A stretch of 64,000 nt of DNA, taken from assembly GCA_963715335.1 (NCBI GenBank), contig CAVQRZ010000019.1, positions 32,001-96,000 of the forward strand, written 5' to 3'. The DNA is from an uncultured delta proteobacterium (lineage in GTDB: Bacteria > Desulfobacterota > Desulfuromonadia > Desulfuromonadales > BM103). A program made the translations under genes and the position numbers. Shown here piece after piece: positions 9,144-17,578 of this stretch (position 1 is its first letter; every line of letters starts with the position of its first letter). Below the pieces are notes generated by a model that saw nothing but the letters and a program-made list of their open reading frames with translations, was not told where the DNA came from and did not search any database.

Positions 9144-11544
9144 TCGGCATACCTCGCAATTCTGAAACCGATATCACTGGCCGGTTCACGGCTGTAACGG
9201 CGGTAACTGAACCGCAGTTCGGTGATACTGGCGTCGCGCCAGCCAGAGCCCTTGACTACGTGATGACTGCCGGTCCCGGGTCCCATCGGGTCGGTCGTCC
9301 CTTTGTTCGCACTGGCTGCGTCGGCGGCGTAATAGTCCTGGCACCATTCGGCAACGTTGCCGCCGAGATCATAAATCCCCGCGGGGTTGGCTGGGAAGGA
9401 ACCGGTGGGCGCGGTGGCGGCAAAGCCGTCGTTGTATCCATCGATGACGGTCGGGATGATGTGCCGGGCGGATTCATCGGCAAAATTTCCCACTTTTCCC
9501 TTGGGCGGGAATTTCCCGGGCCAGGGATAGCGGGCCATTTCCTTGCGCCCTGCGACGCGGGCAGCATAGGCCCACTCCGCCTCGGTTGGCAGCCGGTAGC
9601 CGGTCCCTCTGGGCGATCCTGCAACCATGGTCTCGTCTTTTTCAGTGTAATAGGGCGGCAGGCCATCCTTCAGGCTCAGCCAGTTCATGAAACGGGCAGC
9701 GTCCTCCCAGGCGACGTTGACCACCGGGTGGGAAGCGATTTCCAGCGAACGGTTGCCGGAGACTACCGGAGGTATGCTGCGCCTGGAAGCGCTGGTATTC
9801 GGCATTGGTCACTTCACGTTCGCTGAGATAGAATTTCTGCTGCATGAGCACTTCGTGTTCGTTTTCGTTGGCGCGGCGCCCCGGTTCGTTGCGTGAAGCG
9901 CCCATCCGGAACGAGCGCGGCTCGACCAGGACCAACTTCTGACCGAGGCCGGTCCTGGTTACGGTGTCGGCAGCGGCTTTTGTCCCTATAGCAGGGGCGC
10001 CCTTGCGGGTCAGGGCAAGTTCCAACCTCTGACTGTAGCCTGCCTGGGGAGTGATGGTCTTTGGTCGTCGTTTGATAGCCCTCGGCCTGCAGGGCGATGG
10101 TGTGTGCCCGGGTCGGCAGGCTGAAGCGCCCGTTTGCCTTGTCCTGGGCCTTACCGTTGATCAAGAGGGTCGCATCCGCGGGGGCTGCCGCGATGAAGAT
10201 CACACCGTATTCAGGTTCGAGAGAGACCTCAAGCTCATGCTCTTCTCCGGGGCCCAGCGTCAACTTGCGACTTGCGCCCTTGTAGCCGGCGGCGGAAAAG
10301 CGGATTTCATGTGAGGTCTTTGCCGGCAGGGAAATTTCGACTGGCGTCCGGCCCTGGTAGATACCGCCGGTCGTCACCGTGGCCCCGGCAGGTTCCGACC
10401 GGATCTTCAGAATTGCTGGCGCCAGCTCCAGGCGATAGACCGGAGGCTGCCGGTCCTGGCCTGCCTCGATGGCCAGTTCGACTGCCAGGGGAGTGTACTC
10501 TGCCCTGGTAAAGACAAGCTCCCGTCGTCCGGCAAGCAACTCCAGGTCCATGGGCGTCACCCCTTTTTCGATGCCGTCAACGGCTAAGGTTGCCCCTGCA
10601 GGGGCCGTCTCTATGACGTATCTGGCCCAGGCCGGTGCCAGGACAACGGCCAGGCTTGATGATTTGCCAAAACCTTCGATCTCGACGGACCTCTCTTCCG
10701 CAAGGTAGCGGTCATGCTCGAAGCGGACAGTGCGTGATCCCGCGCCAATCTCCTGCCCGTACAGGGGGGTCGAGCCGACAATCGCACCGTCGATTATCAC
10801 GGTCGCCCCGGCGGGTTCGCTGGTCAGGTCAATCAGTCCCGGAAGCTTTTCCATGTTGAAAGCATAGCTGCTGTCAGCCCTGCTAATTTCAATCTCTTTC
10901 ACCAGGGGCTGGTAGCCTTCTTTCTCAGCCTGCAGAAGATAGCTGCCAATGATACCCAGGTAGCGGTCACCATATTTCAGCACCGGCGGGAACCCGGTGA
11001 TGTCGATATTGTCCGGAGTTGGAGTGACCGTGACGGCCATCGGCTTGGCCAGCAGGACAAAGGCGGCGGAGACAAGGAGCAGAATGAACAGGCCAATGAA
11101 GATCGGACGCTTGTGGCGACCGACAGAAGACGACTCGTCAGGAGTTGTCGGGGGCGGCTCAGATCTCTCTGCCTTGGCGTCTGCGGTCCGGTCCGGTAAC
11201 TCGGTCGGCGGTTCCAGCCTGGGTTCGGCAGAGCTTGAGATCCGGGCCTCGACGCGTTGTCCGCTCAGCTTCCAATAGATCAGAGTCGTGCCGATGCGGG
11301 TCGTGTCCTCCGATTTCAACCAGACCGAGCTGGTTACCCTTTCATCGTTGTGAAAGACGGCGATTTCATTTTCTGCCGGCTGGATAAAAAGGTAGTTGCG
11401 GTCTTCTCCGACATAGGCGGCAATCCCGAAACTGCCTTCCAGGCGAATGTGCGCCGCCTGATGCGTGCCGATCTGCAGCGGCAGGCTCGACTCGTCGAGC
11501 TGAACGACCCCTTCGCTATTGAATAACTCGATCAGGCGGTTCAA
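9140..11544 (-). CDS. FHA-like / TM / PEGA-repeat / FGE-sulfatase (SUMF1)-domain protein; two +1 frameshifts (near 10061 and 9762)
   Basis: ORFs 9814..11559, 9642..10025 and 9140..9805 join into about 800 aa. PEGA repeats (SEPAGATV.IDG...G.TP); FGE-fold motifs FRMGAS, EVTNAEY, HPVVNVAWEDA, YRLPTEAEWAYAAR, GIYDLGGNVAEW, IGFRIAR. TTG start overlaps the upstream stop after AAGGAG. Confidence 0.85.
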
Positions 11545-13034
11545 ATCGGCTCCTTGCAAAGCAGGGTGAATGTGAGTGCTCCCGCACCCGGTCTGACTTT
11601 CAACGTCTGCCGCGTATCCCGGTATCCTTCCCGGTTGCCAGTCGCGGTGTAGTCACCGGTGCGCAGGACCAGCCGCTTCTCCAGGAAACGACCAAGCCGA
11701 CCGACATGGTAAATTGCTATCTCGGTCAGGCCGTCGGATTTAAGGACCACCTCAACCTCTGCCTCCGCTTCGGTAATCAGTCCTGTCAGGAGCTTGATCT
11801 GGTTGGCCAGACGGGGCCCGCGCGGTTCGATAGTCCTTGCCAGGGCGAGGAGCTGTCGTGCCCCCTTGAGCGGCGCGTCCTCGAACAGCCGCTCCGGCTG
11901 GGCCAGAAGCCCCTGCAGCTGCTTGTCCAGGTCGACTCTCCGGCCGACCCGTTCCTTGCAGGTGGCGGCAAACGAGGCGTGAGCATCAAGGGTCAAGGCC
12001 TTTTCGCAAGACTGCAAGGCTTCCGGCCAGTGTTCAGCCTGTTCAAGCCTGGCGGCTTCCTGGCGCAGGTTGTCCAGTTGCGCAGCAAGGTGCCTGCGTG
12101 CGAGTTGTTGTTTAAGGTCACTGACGGCAGGGTCGCCCGGTCGGATTGCGCCGGCTTGCTGCAGGGCTTGCCCCGCTGCGGACAGGCGGCCAGCTGACAG
12201 CGCCTGCAAGGCCTGGCTCATCGCCTGCTGGAATTCCCGGTCGGCAACAGATGTTTCGACACGCTTGAGTGCTTCCCGGGCCGGTGGGTAGGCGGGGTCG
12301 AGGCTGACGGCGGCCTGAAATGCCAGCAGGGCTCCCTTTGCGTCTCCGGAATTTTCCAGCCCTGTGCCGTCTTTGACGAACTGCAACACTTTCGGCAGGT
12401 TTTCCGCCCTCTGGATGCCGGCGAGTGCCTGTTCGCTGTCGGTGTCAATCGCCAGCGCTCTCTGGAAGAGCTCGGTGGCGGCTTCCGGTTCACCGTTTTC
12501 CAGGGCCAGGTTCCCGGCCAGCAGGGCTTGTTCGAGGAGGTCTGGTTTTGCCGTCATGAGCTGGCCCAGCTCTGTGATCGCCGCGGTACATGAGTCCCTC
12601 GCCAGCAGGTACTCCCGCTCGCCGAGCAGCCGCTCACATTCCTGCTCCAGGGCGACTGCTCCGGCATAAGTTTCGCCACCCCAGGCGGCAATGTTCGCAG
12701 CTTCGGCTCCGGCCTGTTCGCGCAGCCAGTCGCCGATCAGTCCTTCTATTTCTGCTGCGGCCCTGGAGTCAGGCGCAGACGCTTCCTGCAGTGCCTGCTT
12801 CGCCGTGATTTGAGAGGGTTCCGCTGACCCTTTTGCCGCCCGGTCGTCGCTGCCCATTGGCAAAAAGATCACGAGCAGGGCAAAAATTGCCAGCAGCAGG
12901 CCGGTCCCGACAATCGCCAGTGGCACGAGGCGGGAGGGTTTGGATTGCTCCGCGGTCTCTGCACCGGGGGGGACCAGGTCCGGTGGCCGGGTCTGCTGCT
13001 CGGTCGGTTTTTTCTGCCTGGACTCCTCGCTCAT
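11541..13034 (-). CDS. Membrane-anchored TPR-repeat protein with C-terminal PEGA-like domain
   Basis: Single N-terminal TM helix, repeated TPR-like units (AATELFQRALAIDTDS, ALLAFQAAVSLDPAY), C-terminal LRTGDYTATGNREGYRD. Confidence 0.85.
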   Translation of the reverse strand: MSEESRQKKPTEQQTRPPDLVPPGAETAEQSKPSRLVPLAIVGTGLLLAIFALLVIFLPMGSDDRAAKGSAEPSQITAKQALQEASAPDSRAAAEIEGLIGDWLREQAGAEAANIAAWGGETYAGAVALEQECERLLGEREYLLARDSCTAAITELGQLMTAKPDLLEQALLAGNLALENGEPEAATELFQRALAIDTDSEQALAGIQRAENLPKVLQFVKDGTGLENSGDAKGALLAFQAAVSLDPAYPPAREALKRVETSVADREFQQAMSQALQALSAGRLSAAGQALQQAGAIRPGDPAVSDLKQQLARRHLAAQLDNLRQEAARLEQAEHWPEALQSCEKALTLDAHASFAATCKERVGRRVDLDKQLQGLLAQPERLFEDAPLKGARQLLALARTIEPRGPRLANQIKLLTGLITEAEAEVEVVLKSDGLTEIAIYHVGRLGRFLEKRLVLRTGDYTATGNREGYRDTRQTLKVRPGAGALTFTLLCKEPI

Positions 13035-13043
13035 CGGACCAGC

Positions 13044-14265
13044 CTACATGGCCTCTGCGGGTTTATGGGGTGCCGCCTCAACACTGGAATTTTCCGGAGC
13101 GAGCGGGAAGCCGGTTTCCGAAGCATAAATCTCGCGAAGCATCTTGCGCCACTGCTGGTACTGCTCTTCCGCCGTACCGGTCAGCCTGACGGTCTCCCCA
13201 ACCACTTCAACCACCAGGGGTTCTGCCTCAGATGAGAAGGAGACACTCAACTCCTCGATAACGTCCTTGTGGATCTTGGTCTCCTGGCTTTTCTGGAAGC
13301 CGCTGTAAATCGCCGCCGCACCACCGACCACCATCAAGCCGGGCAACCCTGACGATGATGTATTGGAGTTGGTGCTCATTGCTACGCCGCCAACGATTGC
13401 GGCAAGGCCGAGCAACTGTCGGGTCAGGGCCTGTTTTTTTATCTCTTGCATGGCGACGAGCTCCTGGTTATAGAGCTTGCGCCAGTCACTGTAGGGCTGC
13501 CAGAGATCGTTGTAGTAGACCTCGTAGTAACTGTTGATGGTGTCGACCAGCATGTCGTCCCGCAGCTGGATGGCGCGGACCCGTTGCAGCATCGGATCGC
13601 TCTCTGCGGGCAGGCGAACGATTTTGTACCGGCCTTTTTTGTCGACTTCAAGGTGCCCGTCAAACGCATCCGGCGCCATGTCGTGGGCGGCCCGCAGCGC
13701 CGAGACCTGCTGGATCTCCCGGAAGTCCCCAGCTGCGAGCTTCTCGCGATATGCCGCCAGGTCGTTGGCGATAGTGTTGTAGATGTCCTGGAAAGGGTCT
13801 TTTTTTTCCGGGGCGATACCGGAGTAATCTTGCAAACGAAGCTCTTCCGAGTAGGATTTCGCGAACCACTTGACGTTGCGCGAATCGTACGCTTCAATCT
13901 CGAGGGCGAGCTGCTCACCGTCGGAATGGACGATCGTTCCGCGGACCTGGAGGTGCGCCTTGCTTGGTGAGGGTACCACGCGTACCGCCCCCCAGTAACC
14001 GGTTCGTTGCATGGTATATTTGAGCTGGATCGGCATGTAACGCTCTTCCGCCCGGCGGATTTCTGCGGACAGGCCCAATTCCCCGATTTCCTTGTCGGTC
14101 AGCTCTGCCGAATCAAAGATGACGATTGCCACGTCGAGCAGTTCCGAGCTGTCGAGCTCTTGCAGCGGCAACCATCGGCCTGACGTGATCCGCGACCTCG
14201 CCCTGCATCGTGGCACAACCGGCAAGCGTCATGAGCACTACAATCAATATGCAAAACCTGTTCAT
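13044..14265 (-). CDS. Hypothetical lipoprotein with C-terminal Gly/Ala hydrophobic hairpin; +1 frameshift near 14167
   Basis: True N-terminus MNRFCILIVVLMTLAGC (lipobox; ATG 14265) joins ORF 13044..14225 at PMVA-LQELDSSELLDV. Confidence 0.8.
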
Positions 14266-14272
14266 CAACCGG

Positions 14273-15199
14273 TCATTCTCCCTTCTTCACGCCTTTATAC
14301 TTCCAGTACTCCTCCCAGAGTTTCTTCTTGAGCTCGGGGTCTGTTTCCTTCTCGGCGGCCTCGCGCAACTGCCTGGCAACGATATCATCATCCCGTGGTG
14401 GCGGGAGCTTGCCGCCAGGGGCTCCGTATGTCGATTGGTCGATGTCGGCATTGGCCGCGCCGGCGCCGCTTTGTGCCCCGGCGGGAGAAGCCCCGGCCTG
14501 CGCCGTCTGCCTTCCCTGTGCGGCGCTTGAGCCGGAAGCCCCCGCGTCTGTCGAAGTCGCGCCGGCCCCGCCCTGCTCGCCGGTGCCTGATTCTCCGGCC
14601 TCGCCGGAGGCCCCAGCGCTTCCAGATGTGCCGTCCCGGCCGTCATCTCCTGCCTCCCTTTGACTCGGAACCCTGGCAGACACCTGCTCTTCTTCCTTCA
14701 GGAGCAGCTCGTCAAATTCGGCGAGTGAGGCAAACAGCTGCGTGTCCATGCTCGCGGTTTTTTCCGCTTGGGTGTGGGTCTCTGCTGGATTGGCGACCGG
14801 CAAGTAAATGAATGTCTCCTCGGCGGGCTTTTGCCCGGCTGCTGAGTTGCCTGTCATTGGGGCTGCGGGGCATGGCAGCCCTTCCACGGCGGCCTCGCCT
14901 CCCTGTTCGGCGAGTTCCATGCAGTAGTTGACGATTCGGGTGTTGAGGTAAATGATAAAATCCTTGTAGTCGTCTGTTTCGCCCTTGGACAGGGAGGTTC
15001 TCTCGAGTTCGTCCAAGGCTGTCTGCCGGGCGCTGTCGAGGGCCATGACGCTTTTGCGCATCGAATCGGTCTGCTCCTGGACTGCCGCATGGAGGGGTGA
15101 TGGTGCACATAGAATCGCGGCGATAAAAGCGTGGACACAGGCTCTGATGGCCCAGGCTGGGGTGACCCGCCGGAGAAGACTGTTTTGTGACTGACGCAT
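14273..15199 (-). CDS. Secreted hypothetical protein with G/A/S-rich linker and C-terminal DDDIVARQLREAAEKETDPELKKKLWEEY motif
   Basis: Signal-peptide-like N-terminus, low-complexity middle, helical C-terminal motif; first gene of the operon (start uncertain). Confidence 0.8.
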   Translation of the reverse strand: MRQSQNSLLRRVTPAWAIRACVHAFIAAILCAPSPLHAAVQEQTDSMRKSVMALDSARQTALDELERTSLSKGETDDYKDFIIYLNTRIVNYCMELAEQGGEAAVEGLPCPAAPMTGNSAAGQKPAEETFIYLPVANPAETHTQAEKTASMDTQLFASLAEFDELLLKEEEQVSARVPSQREAGDDGRDGTSGSAGASGEAGESGTGEQGGAGATSTDAGASGSSAAQGRQTAQAGASPAGAQSGAGAANADIDQSTYGAPGGKLPPPRDDDIVARQLREAAEKETDPELKKKLWEEYWKYKGVKKGE

Positions 15200-15290
15200 A
15201 GGCTCCTACCTGCCGACAAAAGGGTTAATTGCGGGTGAATATGCCTCTGTGTAAACCGGACAAGCTTCCGGAATCATTCCCGTGCCGACC

Positions 15291-15299
15291 ATTATAACA
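15291..15299 (-). promoter_or_regulatory. Extended -10 sigma70 promoter for the vWA/MotA operon
   Basis: TGTTATAAT (TGn + perfect TATAAT) on the minus strand about 90 nt upstream of the first start codon. Confidence 0.6.
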
Positions 15300-15508
15300 C
15301 CAGACCGCAGCAAAACGAACAAACTCAAGAAAGATGTTCGGAAAATGACATGCCTGCGGTTTTTGGGCTGAGGCCCGGGGATAATTCGACTTGCGGATGA
15401 TTTGGATCTGCGCCATCTACGTTGAAAACGACAGCCTCTGCGCTTGCCAGCCGCTCCTAAAATCGGAATCCGGTGCTGAAAGAAATTATTTCGTGCAACC
15501 AGATGCTC

Positions 15509-15793
15509 TAGTACTGCGATGATGCCTTTCGCGCCGGAGCCCTCCACCAAAGCTGGGACCTGGCCGTAAGGGGGCCAGGAGTAAGCCTCCGGAACATGCG
15601 GCGGCTCAGCCACCAAGGACATAGGATGTAAAAATGGCCACCAGTTATGTCTGGCGGCCTTATCCTGTGGCTACTGTAAAACCACAATTTGACCACTCCC
15701 GTAACGCAAGGTTTTTGATAGCCGGATGTCACAACCCGATAAGAGGCTTGCCGTTGCAAGGCCGCAGGGTCGTTGAGTGTGCAGCAGTCACTA
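15509..15793. ncRNA. Candidate structured non-coding RNA, family unassigned
   Basis: Terminal pairing 15509-15517 with 15784-15793 enclosing several nested stems; no convincing ORF. Confidence 0.35.
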
Positions 15794-16078
15794 CAACGTG
15801 TTACACCTCTGTGCCATTGTCAACCTGAACGCACGGACACTTTCTTCTATGCCTAAATATTTCTCATGCTGGGTTCCCCGCTCAAAAAACTATTTGTCCT
15901 TAAGTCTCTGGTACAAGAGGGCGTATGAGCTCTTAACCTCCAAGCCGCTGACCTGTCTTGGCCTTATTCTTGCTTTTACCGTGAGGAGTTTTCCGGCTTT
16001 TCGTTGTTCGCCAAGCATAACAGGTCTCCTGTTCAGTTTGGTGATCGAGCCTTCCATCTTCTTGTTGTCGAGGACACA

Positions 16079-16393
16079 ATGACGCGTTTATTGCTTGTTG
16101 CTTTCTGCGGTTCGATATTTCTGGCTGCATGTTCTGTAAGCACTTCATCTAAACTGGCTTCTCAATCACAACCGGCCACAAATGGTGTCGCGCTTTACGA
16201 ACAGTACTGCGCCAGTTGTCACTTGCCTTTCGCTAAAACGACCAAGCCCCAACGGAATGTTAGTCGTCTGCGTTCGTCAATTAAGGTGTTTCCCACTATG
16301 AACAACCTCGATTTTTTAAGTGATGTGCAACTTGAGGCCATCTCTTCAGCTTTAGCAACGATTGAACTTCATCAGGCCTCGAGGAGTCATTAA
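16079..16393 (+). CDS. Monoheme c-type cytochrome lipoprotein
   Basis: Lipobox LAAC, GVALYEQYCASCH heme motif, candidate distal Met (FPTM); ATG 16079 after GAGGA. Confidence 0.85.
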   Translation: MTRLLLVAFCGSIFLAACSVSTSSKLASQSQPATNGVALYEQYCASCHLPFAKTTKPQRNVSRLRSSIKVFPTMNNLDFLSDVQLEAISSALATIELHQASRSH

Positions 16394-16495
16394 AAAGGGT
16401 CTTAAAGAAGGCTCTGTTGTATAACCGGATTGATTTTCAATAAAATGTGCGCAAACACTGAAGTATTCAGTTGTAGAAAATGACCCTTACGCTGG

Positions 16496-16840
16496 TCATT
16501 TTGCCGCCGCAAAACGGCTGGTGACACGTCCCAGGATCAGCGAAAAGGGCACCAGAATGGAGCTATTCCGGGCAGGGTCTGGGTTATCGCCCCGCAGTTG
16601 GAATCGACCGTCCTCGTCTACCCCCTTTATCCGTTTGATAATCTTTTGCCCGGCCTGGGTCGGATGGCGGGCAATGACGATATCACCGATAAGCGGGGGC
16701 CTGTACAGATAGGCTTGCAGATCGACGAGGACTTCATCATCGCTGGAGAGCAAGGGCAGCATTGAGGGGCCCATCACCCGGCAACGCCGTCGGCGTCTGG
16801 TCAGCCACAATAAAATCTCTTTACAGTTGCTCTCCTGCAT
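16496..16840 (-). CDS. sodX: Nickel-type superoxide dismutase maturation protease (S26 family)
   Basis: RV.GPSMLP catalytic Ser, GDIVIARHP, IIKRI catalytic Lys, LRGDNP; directly downstream of sodN. Confidence 0.9.
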   Translation of the reverse strand: MQESNCKEILLWLTRRRRRCRVMGPSMLPLLSSDDEVLVDLQAYLYRPPLIGDIVIARHPTQAGQKIIKRIKGVDEDGRFQLRGDNPDPARNSSILVPFSLILGRVTSRFAAAK

Positions 16841-16885
16841 GCTGCACCTCTCACAGCTCTTTAAGACCCTTTTGCACAAGCCCGA

Positions 16886-17344
16886 TCAGCCGGCCGTATA
16901 ATAAGGAACCTCGCGACCCTTGGTCGCCCAGAAGATGGTGTGAATTTTGTTGATGGCCGCCATCAGTTCTTCAGCCTTTTCAACACTTACCTCCACTTTG
17001 ACCGCCGAGCAGAGCTTGGCAGCCCGCCAGAAAATGTCGTGAAGATCAGGGTGTTGTTCCAGGTGCTGCGGCTTGAAATAGTCGGTCCACAAAACCAGAA
17101 GATCGGTTTTTGCCAACTGGGCCTGCTCTTCCTTGATGGTGATATAGCGCGAAAGACTGTTCGCGGTGGCATGGCTGCGGTCACCGGGATCAAGGGCGAG
17201 GATTTTCTTGGTCATGGAGAGAGCCGCTTCCGCGGCAATCCGGGCAGAAGCAGGATCGTAAACCCCGCAGGGACCGTCGCAGTGAGCACTTGCAGTCATT
17301 CGGGCGGGAAATAGTTTTTGAACAGTTCGGGTTAAAGTTTTCAT
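16886..17344 (-). CDS. sodN: Nickel superoxide dismutase precursor
   Basis: Leader followed by the Ni-hook A|HCDGPCGVYDP; LWTDYFK; IFWATK. Confidence 0.97.
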   Translation of the reverse strand: MKTLTRTVQKLFPARMTASAHCDGPCGVYDPASARIAAEAALSMTKKILALDPGDRSHATANSLSRYITIKEEQAQLAKTDLLVLWTDYFKPQHLEQHPDLHDIFWRAAKLCSAVKVEVSVEKAEELMAAINKIHTIFWATKGREVPYYTAG

Positions 17345-17578
17345 GGGGATATCCTTTCTGGGTTTTTCAAAAAACTCGCGTTAAGGGGTTACACATCCTC
17401 CATTCTACCACGCTTTCTTCCCTGGCAGAGGGTGTCAGCCGAACGCTCCATGCACAGTGTAGAGTCTCGGGCCAGAAATTTCTTCGATCATTAAGAGTAT
17501 GGCCTGTCCACCTAATCTGTTTAGGACCTTCTTTGAAGACATCACGGTCATTGAGGCGAGTCATGGACCGCCTCGCGA

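Noticed and set aside
9740..10070. Programmed frameshifting in the PEGA/FGE gene
   Set aside because: No slippery heptamer or stimulatory structure; same signature as the other +1 errors
15536..15549. CTCCACCA resembling a tRNA/tmRNA 3' end or att site
   Set aside because: No T-arm (GTTCRA) upstream and no second copy seen
15206..15622. 138-aa minus-strand ORF upstream of the motor operon
   Set aside because: No RBS or motif; runs across the predicted promoter and the structured element
15590..15835. Group II intron-like words on the minus strand (GTGCG start, GAGCCGCCGCATG)
   Set aside because: No complete domain V/VI and no reverse transcriptase ORF
17367..17564. 65-aa ORF between glpD and sodN
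   Set aside because: No recognisable features; overlaps the likely sodN promoter
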